Assembly (NCBI GenBank): GCA_963736115.1
Contig: CAVTNR010000002.1
Location: 64,001-128,000 of the forward strand
Source of the DNA: an uncultured bacterium
Lineage (GTDB): Bacteria; Zhuqueibacterota; QNDG01; DTFT01
Length of the DNA stretch: 64,000 bases
Direction of reading: 5' to 3'
Shown: in pieces, positions 28,170 to 38,168 of the stretch
Position numbering within the stretch: position 1 is the first letter of the stretch
Layout: every line of letters begins with the position of its first letter
Notes under the pieces: model-generated
The model's database searches: none
What the model saw: the letters and a program-made list of their open reading frames with translations, nothing else
Told to the model about the DNA's origin: nothing
Made by a program: the position numbers and the translations under genes

Positions 28170-28898
28170 CTATATATTGATATCCAATTGGGTTGTAAAC
28201 GTATTGTTCGGAACCACCTTGTTATTGTTGAAAACCACATATCCGAAAATGACGCTGACATTCGTACTGAAGGCATATGAGCAGCCGAAGGACAGTGATC
28301 CGTACCAGCTTTTGCCTGAAGCGTAATCAACGCTCGCCCATATTTTTTCGGTCAGCGTCTTGTCCCAGGTCGCGATGAATCCGCTTGCGGCCGCTTCCCC
28401 GGTCTCGTCAAGGAATAGATTTTCGTTCAAACCCGCATAATACCCGAGGGAGATACGTCCGACTGTCGGCAGGGTCTTGGCCGTAAGGCCGTACACCATA
28501 TTATAATCCGTTACATCTTTTTTGGTCCCGAAATTGAACGCCCCGACGGCCAGTGCCGGACGGGCCCCGCTTTCGGGAAGTCCCAGCTTGAGATTGAAAT
28601 ACACCGGATCCGCCGAGGGTTCGATCAAATCGAAGCCGAATTCCAGGTATTTCAAGACGCCGACCGTCACTCCCACATCCGGCAGGATCATATAGGGATT
28701 CTTGCCGTTGTCGGCGATCGAAAAGTAATTGTCGATTCCGAAATGGACCGTGCCCTTCCTCTGAATGTCGGTCGACGGATTCCATATCTGCGTCGAAGCC
28801 GTGGCCCCGGCCTGGACCGGCCGGAGAACGCCGGCCGTCAGAACCGCTCCCAGAAACACTCGACAGGCCATCCCGTCGAAAGAATTTTTCATGCGCAT
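28170..28898 (-). CDS. Secreted protein, putative outer-membrane beta-barrel
   Basis: RBS AAGGAGG; signal peptide; alternating amphipathic strands; ends FTTQLDINI. Confidence 0.6.
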   Translation of the reverse strand: MRMKNSFDGMACRVFLGAVLTAGVLRPVQAGATASTQIWNPSTDIQRKGTVHFGIDNYFSIADNGKNPYMILPDVGVTVGVLKYLEFGFDLIEPSADPVYFNLKLGLPESGARPALAVGAFNFGTKKDVTDYNMVYGLTAKTLPTVGRISLGYYAGLNENLFLDETGEAAASGFIATWDKTLTEKIWASVDYASGKSWYGSLSFGCSYAFSTNVSVIFGYVVFNNNKVVPNNTFTTQLDINI

Positions 28899-29025
28899 TT
28901 CATCCTCCTTCATTTTTTGTTTTTCCTTCGTTTGCCGTTCGCGCCCCTCCCGGGAACGGGTGCCGGCTGCGGGAGGCCCTGACCGCCCGTCGGGCCCCTT
29001 CGGCCGGACGGTGCGGATTCGCTTC

Positions 29026-29415
29026 TCACTTTTTCTTCTCCCCCGTCTTCCGGCGCGCGTCGATGTCGTCCGGATACATCAGCGCCTCGCCACCCCGCTC
29101 CCCGGTGCGGATCCGGATCACGTCCTCCACGGGATAGACGAAAATCAATCCGTCCCCCTGCTTTCCGGTCCGCGCCGCGGCGCAGATCACGTCAATGGCC
29201 TTTTCCAGGTTGCGGTCGCTGAGCACGATGTTAATCTGCGCCTTCGGAATCAGGTCCATTTGATACGAAGTCCCACGCCATGACAGGTCGATGCCCCCCT
29301 GTCTTCCATGGCCACGCACTTCCGAGACGTTCAAACCAACGATGCCGGCTTCGCGCAATGCATCCTTCACCGCGGTCACCGCCTCTTCCCGTATGATGGC
29401 TTCTATTTTTTTCAT
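29026..29415 (-). CDS. glnK: PII nitrogen regulatory protein
   Basis: MKKIEAIIR, GHGRQGG...RGTSY T-loop, TGKQGDGLIFV and IRIRTGERG motifs; next to amt. Confidence 0.92.
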   Translation of the reverse strand: MKKIEAIIREEAVTAVKDALREAGIVGLNVSEVRGHGRQGGIDLSWRGTSYQMDLIPKAQINIVLSDRNLEKAIDVICAAARTGKQGDGLIFVYPVEDVIRIRTGERGGEALMYPDDIDARRKTGEKKK

Positions 29416-29467
29416 GGATCCATTCTCCTATTCTATGAAAAGTGATCATGAACGACTCCCCTTCCGG

Positions 29468-31066
29468 TTATTTCCCGGCGTATGACTTGAACGTGACCGA
29501 CGGGATATGCAGCCGGCCGGAGTGCATGACCTCGTCGTCATGGATGTAGCCCTTGAGGCCCATTTCCGGCATATCCAGACCGAGCAGTTCGTCGGCCGGC
29601 GCGGAGCGAAGCAGTTTGAGGCCGGCGAGCGCCTTGAAGAACAGAAAACTCAATCCTCCGACGACAATCAGAATGGACGCGATCTCGGAGAGCTGGGACA
29701 GAATCTGCGTGTTCCCGCCGTGCAGGAGTCCACGGACCGGTCCGGTCACGCCGTTCCATCCGTCCGAAGCCGGGTTCCCGTTCGAGAAAATGCCCACGGC
29801 CAGAAGGCCCCACAGCCCGTTGGCGAAATGCACCGGAACGGCCCCGACCGGGTCATCAATTCTCAGCTTTTCGATGCCGAAGGTGACCGCGCAGACGAGG
29901 ATCCCGGCGATCAGGCCGATAACGACGGCCGAAATGGGGCTCACAAAGGCACATGGCGCCGTGATGGCCACCAGGCCCGCGAGAACACCGTTGACGGAGA
30001 GACCGGGATCGGGCTTTCGTGTCGGACCGAACCACCACATCGTCAGCATGGCGGAGCATCCGCCGGCCGCGCCGGCCAGCAAGGTGTTCACCGCCGCGGT
30101 CACGGCCAGGGACGCGCCCCCGCCGACGAACGCCAGCGAGGATCCGGGGTTGAAACCGAACCAGCCGAAAAACAGGATGATCGTGCCGAGAACGCCGAGC
30201 GGAATGTTGTGCCCCGGCATGGCGTTCGCCGAACCGTCCTTGTTGAATCGCCCGATCCGGGGGCCGATGACGATCGCGCCGACCAGGGCGAGCGTGCCTC
30301 CGATCATGTGCACGACGCCGGACCCCGCGAAATCCACGGCCCCGTTCCCCCATCCCGCGATACGGCCGAGATTCTGCAGCCATCCGCCGCCCCAGACCCA
30401 TCCCCCGACCAGCGGATAGATGAACATGCTCACCCAGAGCCCCATCAGGCAGAATCCGCCGAACTTGAGCCGCTCCGCCATCGAACCGGTGGGGATGGTG
30501 GCCGCCGTGTCCATGAACACCATCTGGAAGAAAAAGAAGGCCAGGACCCCGAAACTTCCGGCCCCGATGCCCTGCAGCAGAAATCCCTTGCCCCCCATGA
30601 TGCCGAACTGCCCGATAGATAGCAGTGGTTTGTCGAGCAGGCCGGTCCAATCACCGAGCGTCACGGGCGAGTGGGCCCAGGCGCCGAACGGACCGACGGC
30701 CGGCCAGGTGAAATTCACGGCGCCGAATTGAAGGGCAAAACCCGTCAGCCAGTAGCCGAGCGCACCGATGCAAAACACCATCATGTTCATCATCATGGTA
30801 TGCGCGACGTTCTTCGCCCGGGTGAAGCCCGTTTCCACCAGTGCGAATCCGGCCTGCATGAAAAAGACGAGGCCGCTGGCCAGGAGAACCCACAGTACGT
30901 TCAGGCCGGTGGTGACGTTGTTCGTGTTTTCCTCGACTTTCTGAACCGATTGCGCCAGGGCCGTGATATCGACCGCCGGCTCCCGCGCCATCAAGGCGGA
31001 TCCGCTCCACAACAGGAGCGCGAGAAAAAGTGCGGCTCCCGGTAGTTTTCTGATTTTTTTCTTCAT
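29468..31066 (-). CDS. amtB: Ammonium transporter (Amt family)
   Basis: FFMQAGFALVETG, GSMAER, DFAGSGVVH, FGWFGFNPGS and DDPVGAVPVH motifs; RBS GGAGG. Confidence 0.95.
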   Translation of the reverse strand: MKKKIRKLPGAALFLALLLWSGSALMAREPAVDITALAQSVQKVEENTNNVTTGLNVLWVLLASGLVFFMQAGFALVETGFTRAKNVAHTMMMNMMVFCIGALGYWLTGFALQFGAVNFTWPAVGPFGAWAHSPVTLGDWTGLLDKPLLSIGQFGIMGGKGFLLQGIGAGSFGVLAFFFFQMVFMDTAATIPTGSMAERLKFGGFCLMGLWVSMFIYPLVGGWVWGGGWLQNLGRIAGWGNGAVDFAGSGVVHMIGGTLALVGAIVIGPRIGRFNKDGSANAMPGHNIPLGVLGTIILFFGWFGFNPGSSLAFVGGGASLAVTAAVNTLLAGAAGGCSAMLTMWWFGPTRKPDPGLSVNGVLAGLVAITAPCAFVSPISAVVIGLIAGILVCAVTFGIEKLRIDDPVGAVPVHFANGLWGLLAVGIFSNGNPASDGWNGVTGPVRGLLHGGNTQILSQLSEIASILIVVGGLSFLFFKALAGLKLLRSAPADELLGLDMPEMGLKGYIHDDEVMHSGRLHIPSVTFKSYAGK

Positions 31067-31158
31067 GTCATCCTCCATGGTTTTAAATGCATTCTGGGAA
31101 GACGCTCGCGAACCGAATGAACCCTGCGACAATCGATTGTCCTCAGCCGAGATGAAAG

Positions 31159-31173
31159 GCAATCGAAGTGCCA
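31159..31173 (-). promoter_or_regulatory. Sigma-54 (-24/-12) promoter of amtB-glnK
   Basis: The minus strand reads TGGCAC-TTCGA-TTGC. Confidence 0.75.
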
Positions 31174-31252
31174 TAACGCAGACAGCTTTTTAATGTTCTG
31201 TTTTTTATATGTTAAGCTAACAGGAGGGTGATAGGGGATCAATATGAAAGGC

Positions 31253-31569
31253 TACGGTTTTGTAGTGGCGGGTATGGTGCGCTACATATTCGTAAATATA
31301 CCCAATCCCCACGCACTATCCATACTTCTGTTCGAGAAGGACGCACCGCATTCTTTCCGGCGAAGAACGAGAAAAAATATGAAACAGGGAAAACCCTGGC
31401 TGAAAAATTTACCGGAACGTATTTCAAAGACTCCGCATTGGAGGAGAGGCGACAATAAACAGGAGGAATGAACCGGGAGGAATTAAGCAGGAGGGAGATT
31501 AGATAAGCGGGTCACAAACCATAACTACATAACCGTACCCATCATGTCACGCGGATACGGTTTTGTAGT
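31253..31569. promoter_or_regulatory. Repeated 14-bp motif TACGGTT[T/A]TGTAGT (candidate activator sites)
   Basis: Copies at 31253-31266 (+), 31524-31537 (-) and 31556-31569 (+), and a degenerate copy at about 31281-31294 (-). Confidence 0.5.
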
Positions 31570-31600
31570 TTTTGTTAAAACGATCATTTTGAGCCGTCAT

Positions 31601-32497
31601 CTACAGAAAGAGAAGCGCCACTCCGCTGATCGCGATCCCGGCTCCCGCCGCTTCGCGGAGCGTGACCTTTTCCTTCATGAAAAGAACTGCCGGCGGGATG
31701 ATGAGAATGGGCACCGTGGCCATGATGGTCGCCGCAATGCCCGCGGCCGTGCGCTGCACGGCAAACAACGAGAACGAGACGCCCAGAAAGGGCCCGAAAA
31801 AAGCGCCCGTGGTCGTGAGGGCCAGCGCCTTTGTGTTTTTCAGAGCGGAAAAGGTCCGGCCCCATGCGCCGCGGGCGGTCAGCAGAACGGCGAATCCGAT
31901 CACGCCCGTGATGATGCGGATCTGGGTGGCTCCGAACGGGCTGTAGTCGGCCATCCCGATCTTGCTGAGAATCAACCCTGCCGCCTGCCCGACCGCTCCG
32001 CCGAACGCGAACAGAATGCCGGCCACCGGATGGGCCAGACGCATTGGCGTCTCGCCGGACGGCCTGTCGATCACGACCAAGGCGATTCCGGCCAGCGTCA
32101 GAGCCATCCCCGCGAAGGACAGGACCGACAGCCTTTCCCCGAGCACAAGCCATCCGAGCAGGGCCGTGATCGGTGGAGCGAGCGCCATGATCAGCATCGA
32201 AACCCGGGAACCGATGAGAACAAAGGAGCGGAATAGAAACAGGTCACCCAGCACGAACCCGACGAAACCGGAGAGGGACAGCCAGAACCAGGCGTGGGCG
32301 CTCGCGTCCAGGGGCAGGAAAAGACCCCTCTGAATCCGGGTGAACACTGAAAGGAAGACCAGCCCCAGAACAAGCCGTATCCAGTTGACGGGCAGGGAGC
32401 CCACCTTTTTGGATGCGGACTCGAATGCCAGGGCCGTGACCGTCCAGAATACGGCTACTGCGAGGGAAGCGATCTCCCCGATGTGAGAATGCGGCAC
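31601..32497 (-). CDS. DMT/EamA family transporter
   Basis: About 10 TM segments in two EamA repeats (GDLFLFRSFVLIG; KEKVTLRE); RBS AAGGAG before the GTG. Confidence 0.88.
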   Translation of the reverse strand: MPHSHIGEIASLAVAVFWTVTALAFESASKKVGSLPVNWIRLVLGLVFLSVFTRIQRGLFLPLDASAHAWFWLSLSGFVGFVLGDLFLFRSFVLIGSRVSMLIMALAPPITALLGWLVLGERLSVLSFAGMALTLAGIALVVIDRPSGETPMRLAHPVAGILFAFGGAVGQAAGLILSKIGMADYSPFGATQIRIITGVIGFAVLLTARGAWGRTFSALKNTKALALTTTGAFFGPFLGVSFSLFAVQRTAAGIAATIMATVPILIIPPAVLFMKEKVTLREAAGAGIAISGVALLFL

Positions 32498-32784
32498 CCG
32501 ACTCTCCTTTTCAAGCCGCCGGCCTTCCGAAATCCGGCGAACCACGGTCTGCATCATACGAAAACCGTCCGTGAATAGCAAGCCGGATTTGGGGTTTTTT
32601 CAGCGGCCCGGGGTTCCCGGTTCGGGCGCCGGCCCGTCGCGTTTTGACGGAATGGATCGGTTCCGGACCGGACCGGCACCGTCCGCCGGTCCGCGGATCC
32701 GCCAAAAAACCGCTTGACTGTTACGATTTTTTTCGGTATTTCAGTACAAAGGCAATTCTACCTTTTTCACAACCGGAGGAGCGC

Positions 32785-34305
32785 ATGATCCTTCATCATC
32801 AGTTCGTACGGACGGCCAAGCGTCAGGGTGACAAGCTGGCCATCGTGGACCGGATGCTCGAAAAACGGGTGACCTATTCCAAGGCGCTCATCGCATCCCT
32901 CATCCTCTCGAAGAAAATCGGCAAATTCAGGGAAGGGTACATCGGCATCATGATACCGACTTCGGCCGGAAGTTTTCTGGCCACGATCGGCACTCTGATG
33001 GCCGGCAAGGTTCCGGTGATGATCAACTATTCCACCGGCGCCGCGGATAACTGCGTGTACGCGCAGAACAAATGCGGATTTAAAACCATCCTGACGTCCC
33101 GGGCGCTTCTCGAAAAGATCGGATGCCGGCTCGTGCCCGGCATGATCTGCATCGAGGACGTCATGGACCGCATCACCGCCGCGGACAAGCTCAAGGCGGC
33201 GCTGAAGTCGAAGCTCCCCACTTCCATGATCATCCGCTCCTTCCCTCTCGCCCATCCGAACGACAACGTGGTGATCCTCTTCACCAGCGGCAGCGAGAAG
33301 GATCCCAAGGCCGTCCAGCTCACCCACCGGAACATCACGTCAAACATCGCGGACGTGAAGGAAATTTACGGCCTGAGCGACAAGGACATCATCATGTCCT
33401 GCCTGCCGCTTTTCCACGTGTTCGGCTACACCGTGAATTGCTGGCTCCCGATGACGATCGGCATGACCGCCGTCACCTACGCGAACCCGCTGGACTACAA
33501 GCGCATGCCCGTCCTCATCCGCGAGGAGAAGGTGACCATGATCGCGGCCACGCCGATATTCTTCTCCGGGTACGTCCGCGAATCCAAAACAGGCGACTTC
33601 TCCACGGTGCGCCTGATGGTGGCCGGAGCTGACAAGACGCCCGACTCCCTGCGAGACGAGTACATGAAAAAGCACAACATCGAACTGCTCGAGGGATACG
33701 GGTGCACCGAAACGAGCCCGGTGGTGTCGGTCAACCGGCCCGGCGCCAACCGTCCCGGCAGCATCGGCCAGGTCATCCCCAGCGCCCAGGTCCGCATCGC
33801 CGACATCGCCACGGGCCAGGACCTGCCGCCCGGGTCGGAAGGCAAGATTCTCGTCAAGGGCAACTGCGTGATGAAGGGGTATTACGACGACATCGAGGAG
33901 ACAACCCTGCGCATCCGGGACGGCTGGTACGACACCGGCGACATGGGGATGATGGACGCCGACGGATTCCTCTGGCACCGGGGCCGCCTGAAGCGGTTCG
34001 TCAAGATCGGCGGAGAAATGGTTTCCCTCGTGAAGACGGAGAGCGTGCTCGAGGAACTGCTGCCCGAAGGCGTCGACTGCTGCGTCGTGGAGGTTCCGGA
34101 TTCGCTCAAGGGCGCCCGCATCGTGGTCGTCATCACCCGCGAGGTCGACGAGAGGGACATCCTGAAGAAAATGGGGCAGAAACTCACTCCCATCGCCCTG
34201 CCGAAGCAGTTCATCGTGGTCCCGGAACTGCCCAAGCTCGGCAGCGGCAAGATCGACTTCCGTTCCGCCACGGAACTGGCGAAGTCCAAAGTCGCGGTTA
34301 AATAA
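32785..34305 (+). CDS. AMP-binding acyl-ACP/acyl-CoA synthetase (Aas C-domain-like)
   Basis: FTSGSEKDPK, LPLFHVFG, EGYGCTE, WYDTGD and GRLKRFVKIGGEMVSL motifs; RBS GGAGGAG. Confidence 0.88.
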   Translation: MILHHQFVRTAKRQGDKLAIVDRMLEKRVTYSKALIASLILSKKIGKFREGYIGIMIPTSAGSFLATIGTLMAGKVPVMINYSTGAADNCVYAQNKCGFKTILTSRALLEKIGCRLVPGMICIEDVMDRITAADKLKAALKSKLPTSMIIRSFPLAHPNDNVVILFTSGSEKDPKAVQLTHRNITSNIADVKEIYGLSDKDIIMSCLPLFHVFGYTVNCWLPMTIGMTAVTYANPLDYKRMPVLIREEKVTMIAATPIFFSGYVRESKTGDFSTVRLMVAGADKTPDSLRDEYMKKHNIELLEGYGCTETSPVVSVNRPGANRPGSIGQVIPSAQVRIADIATGQDLPPGSEGKILVKGNCVMKGYYDDIEETTLRIRDGWYDTGDMGMMDADGFLWHRGRLKRFVKIGGEMVSLVKTESVLEELLPEGVDCCVVEVPDSLKGARIVVVITREVDERDILKKMGQKLTPIALPKQFIVVPELPKLGSGKIDFRSATELAKSKVAVK

Positions 34306-34325
34306 GGTCGGAGAGGACGCTGAGC

Positions 34326-35018
34326 GTGCCCAGACACATCGGCATCGTCGCCTGCAGCGCGGAGGGAGCGGCCCTGTGCTACCGCACCATCTGCGCCGAG
34401 GCGCCGTCCCTCATGGCGGAGTACCGGCACCCGGAAATCTCAATGCACACGTTCCCGCTCGCCGATTACATGGGGCCGATCCGGAGCGGGGACTGGGACG
34501 CCGTGGCCGGACTCATGTCCGAATCGGCGCGCAGACTCGCGGCCGCGGGCGCGGAATTCGCCGTCTGTCCGGACAACACCATCCACCAGGCCTACGACGC
34601 CGCTGTGAAGGATTCCCCCATCCCCTGGCTGCACATCGCGGAGGAAGTGGCCAAGGCGGCCCATTTCCGGGGTTTTTCCAGACTGGGCGTTCTCGGCACC
34701 GAGGTTCTCATGAACGGGCCGGTGTATCCCGACACGCTCGAAAAATTCGGGATCTCCTGCCGGATGCCGGAACCGAAGGACCGGGTTAAAATCGACGGCG
34801 TGATCTACACGGAACTGATCAACGGCGTCATCCGCGGCCGTTCGCGCTCCCTGCTCAACCGGATTATCGGGAAGCTGAAAGACCAGGGATGCGAAGCGGC
34901 CGTTCTCGGTTGCACGGAAATCCCCCTGCTCATCGTGCCGGAAGAAAGCCCTCTGCCGGTTCTGGATTCAACCCGGATTCTCGCGCGGGCCGCACTTCGG
35001 GAGGCGCTGAAGGAATAG
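34326..35018 (+). CDS. Aspartate/glutamate racemase family protein
   Basis: CPDNT, LGVLGT and LGCTEIP motifs. Confidence 0.85.
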   Translation: MPRHIGIVACSAEGAALCYRTICAEAPSLMAEYRHPEISMHTFPLADYMGPIRSGDWDAVAGLMSESARRLAAAGAEFAVCPDNTIHQAYDAAVKDSPIPWLHIAEEVAKAAHFRGFSRLGVLGTEVLMNGPVYPDTLEKFGISCRMPEPKDRVKIDGVIYTELINGVIRGRSRSLLNRIIGKLKDQGCEAAVLGCTEIPLLIVPEESPLPVLDSTRILARAALREALKE

Positions 35019-35120
35019 ACGCGCATCTCTGCGATCACTGAAATTTGTCGACGGTTCGGCGGTATCAGATGAAAACCACAGCCCGGTTCCGCAAAGCGGA
35101 CCGGCGCCCGGAGGGAAGCA

Positions 35121-35795
35121 ATGGACGTCAAAAAACTCTCCATTCTGTTCGGTCTGATCGTGACCGGCCTGGCGGGATTCAATTCCTATTTCTACCTGGG
35201 CCGACACAAACCCCTGGCCGAGAAGGCCGCTGCGGCCGAACAGCAGGTCCAGGCCGTTCAGCAGGAACTGGACCGGAAGGTGACTGAGCTCTCGAAAACA
35301 GTGGAGTCCAAGCAGGCAGAGATCCAGACCGTTCAGTCGACCAAGGATTCCCTGATCTTCGAGATGCAGGAGGAAATCCGGAACAATCAGATCCAGATCA
35401 CCCAGATGGCCGATAAGCTCAAGCTCAGCATCGTGGACAAAATCCTCTTTCCTTCCGGAGAGACGGACATCTCCCCGGAAGGCCTGCTGGTGCTGGAACG
35501 GATCGGCAACATCCTGAAGAACACGAAAGACAAGGCCGTCCGCGTGGAAGGGCACACGGACAATGTCCGGATCGGCGGACGGCTGAAAACCGTGTTCCCG
35601 ACCAACTGGGAACTGTCCACTGCCCGCGCCACTCATGTCGTCCGCTTCCTCCAGGAAAAGACAGGCATGGACCCCAAGCGGCTCGAAGCAGTCGGCATGG
35701 GTCAGTACCAGCCCGTGGCAACGAACGACACACCCGAGGGCCGGGCTCAGAATCGCAGGATAGAAATACTTCTACTTCCAACGGATCTTCATTAA
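35121..35795 (+). CDS. OmpA/MotB-family peptidoglycan-binding membrane protein
   Basis: N-terminal TM, coiled coil, then LFPSG, VEGHTDN, NWELSTARA and NRRIEI motifs. Confidence 0.88.
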   Translation: MDVKKLSILFGLIVTGLAGFNSYFYLGRHKPLAEKAAAAEQQVQAVQQELDRKVTELSKTVESKQAEIQTVQSTKDSLIFEMQEEIRNNQIQITQMADKLKLSIVDKILFPSGETDISPEGLLVLERIGNILKNTKDKAVRVEGHTDNVRIGGRLKTVFPTNWELSTARATHVVRFLQEKTGMDPKRLEAVGMGQYQPVATNDTPEGRAQNRRIEILLLPTDLH

Positions 35796-35892
35796 TAACA
35801 TACGGTTGGGCTTCCGCAACCGACTATCCCGTTCCCCGTATTCTAATGGGGGCGGGATTTGTGCGTCCCGAGGCTGAAAATGTGGGGTTGGA

Positions 35893-35957
35893 TTGAAGCT
35901 CCCCGCCGCCCCGCTATTCGGGACCGGGGAATGCGCTCGCTGTCAGATTCGGTCAAC
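35893..35957 (+). mobile_element. Short IS200/IS605-like palindromic element
   Basis: ttgaagctccccgccg...ggggaatgcgctcgctgtcagattcggtcaac. Confidence 0.6.
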
Positions 35958-35970
35958 AGGAGGATTCCGA

Positions 35971-36900
35971 TTGAATAACCTTTCCATTCGAAACGTCTGC
36001 AAGTCTTTCGAAACGGTCCAGGCAGTCCGGGACCTGTCGCTGGACGTGCCCAAGGGGCAGATCTTCGGACTTCTGGGTCCGAACGGCGCGGGAAAGACCA
36101 CCACGATACGCATGATCATGCGCATTCTCCTGCCGGACAGCGGAACCATCGAACTGTTCGGGAAACCGCTCGAACCATCCACGACCGATCGGATCGGGTA
36201 TATGCCCGAGGAGCGCGGCCTGTACCAGAAGATGAAAACGCTCGACGTCGTCGCCTTTTTCGGCGAAATCAAGGGCATGCCCCGGGCGAAAGCCGTCGAA
36301 GAGGGCCGGCGCTGGATGAAAAAGCTGGATCTTCAGGACTGGACGGACAAGAAAGTGGAAACCCTGTCCAAGGGCATGCAGCAGAAAATACAGTTCATCG
36401 GCACCATTCTTCACCGTCCGGACCTTCTGATTCTCGACGAGCCGTTTTCGGGCCTGGATCCGGTGAACGTAAACACCTTGAAAGACGCCATGCTCGAGCT
36501 GAAGGACGCCGGCACCACCATCATTTTTTCGACGCACCAGATGGAGCAGGTCGAGAAACTCTGCGACGCGTTGTGCCTGATCAACCGCGGGAAATCGGTC
36601 CTTCAGGGAAGGCTGGCCGAGGTCAAGGCGCGCTTCGGCAGGGGCCGCGTGCAGATGCAGTACGAGGGAGACCTGACGGCCTTCCTGGGGGACAAACGCT
36701 GGGTCGAAGCGTCCGACGACTTCGGCAAGTACGTCGAGATCAAGCCCGCGGCCGGCGTTTCCGCCCAGGACCTGCTGAAGCGGGCCATGCAGGACGTCTC
36801 CATCGTCCGCTTCGAGGTCGCGGAACCCTCGCTCAATGAAATTTTCATCCAGCTCGTCCGGCCGGGCGAAGCCGGTCCCGGGGAAGGAGAAGCCGCGTGA
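35971..36900 (+). CDS. ABC exporter ATP-binding subunit
   Basis: GPNGAGKT, LSKGMQQK, ILDEPFSGLDP and STH motifs; TTG start after AGGAGG. Confidence 0.9.
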   Translation: MNNLSIRNVCKSFETVQAVRDLSLDVPKGQIFGLLGPNGAGKTTTIRMIMRILLPDSGTIELFGKPLEPSTTDRIGYMPEERGLYQKMKTLDVVAFFGEIKGMPRAKAVEEGRRWMKKLDLQDWTDKKVETLSKGMQQKIQFIGTILHRPDLLILDEPFSGLDPVNVNTLKDAMLELKDAGTTIIFSTHQMEQVEKLCDALCLINRGKSVLQGRLAEVKARFGRGRVQMQYEGDLTAFLGDKRWVEASDDFGKYVEIKPAAGVSAQDLLKRAMQDVSIVRFEVAEPSLNEIFIQLVRPGEAGPGEGEAA

Positions 36901-38168
36901 ACAAGACCTGGACCATATTCAAGCGCGAACTGCTCACGCGCGTCAAGACCCGGGGATTCGTCATCGGGACGTTCGTATCCCCTCTGTTCCTCCTGCTCGT
37001 CGTCCTTCTGCCGACCCTGCTCATGCGGCACGGCGCCGAAGCCGTTTCGACGATCGCGGTCGCGGACTTCACCGGCCGCCTGGTCGCGCCGATGCAGGCC
37101 TGGGCGCAGGGACACAAGAAGGACGCGGCCGGCAACGTTCTGTACACGATCAGCGCGGTGGAAGCCGATTCCAGCCGGATCGATTCTCTCAAACGCCGAA
37201 CAAACGACGACATCCTGGCCGGACGGATCAATGTGTTCCTCATCCTGCCCGCCGACATCTTCACGAAGAACGGATTCGAACTGTACGCCAGGAACCTCGG
37301 CAATTTCGAGCTCAACTATTCAATCAACGAAATGGTGACAAAGTCGGTGTCTGGAATCCGTCTGGCCGGGAGCGGGCTCGATCCCTCGCGCATGGAGGCG
37401 CTGACCCACGAAGTGTCCGCGGCGACGTTCAAGGTCCTCAAGGGGGGCGCGAAGGAGGAAAGCGGGGAGGCGGCTTTCTACCTCTCGTACATCATGGTCT
37501 TCATGCTCTACATGGTTCTCGTTTTCTACGGTACCTTCGTGATGCGCGGCGTGATCGAGGACAAGCAGTCGCGCGTGGTCGAGGTGATGCTGTCTTCCGC
37601 GCGTCCGTTTCAGATCATGGCGGGAAAGATACTCGGCATCGGGGCGGCGGGCCTGATCCAGATGGCGGTGTGGGCGCTGTGCATCCTCGCCGTGACCGCC
37701 ACCGGCGCGACGTTCGCTTCGGCGGCCGATTTCTCCCTGCCCTCGGTCTCGCTCTGGACGCTGGCGGCGTTTCTGCTTTTCTTCCTGATCGGGTATTTTC
37801 TCTATTCGGCCACATACGCGGCCATGGGCAGCATGGGGAACACCGAGGCCGAGATGCAGGCGCTCCAGTGGCCGGCCCTGGCCCCCCTGATCTTCTCCCT
37901 GGTCGTCATGATGATGGTCGTCCGCAATCCCGAGGGCACGGCGGCCGTGGTGCTGTCGATGATCCCCTTCTTCAGCCCCATGCTCATGTTTCTGCGGATC
38001 TCCATGAACGCGGCCCCGCTCGGTCAGGTGCTCGTGTGCATCGGGCTCTGCCTGCTCACCATTGCCGGCATGATCTGGCTCTCGGCCCGTATTTTCCGGG
38101 TGGGAATTCTCATGGTCGGAAAGCGTCCGACTCTGCCCGAAGTGCTCAAGTGGATCCGGCAGGACTGA
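36897..38168 (+). CDS. ABC-2 type permease (NatB/YhaP-like)
   Basis: One N-terminal TM, a large loop and six TMs; IEDKQSRVVEVMLSS and GKILG motifs. Confidence 0.88.
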   Translation: MNKTWTIFKRELLTRVKTRGFVIGTFVSPLFLLLVVLLPTLLMRHGAEAVSTIAVADFTGRLVAPMQAWAQGHKKDAAGNVLYTISAVEADSSRIDSLKRRTNDDILAGRINVFLILPADIFTKNGFELYARNLGNFELNYSINEMVTKSVSGIRLAGSGLDPSRMEALTHEVSAATFKVLKGGAKEESGEAAFYLSYIMVFMLYMVLVFYGTFVMRGVIEDKQSRVVEVMLSSARPFQIMAGKILGIGAAGLIQMAVWALCILAVTATGATFASAADFSLPSVSLWTLAAFLLFFLIGYFLYSATYAAMGSMGNTEAEMQALQWPALAPLIFSLVVMMMVVRNPEGTAAVVLSMIPFFSPMLMFLRISMNAAPLGQVLVCIGLCLLTIAGMIWLSARIFRVGILMVGKRPTLPEVLKWIRQD

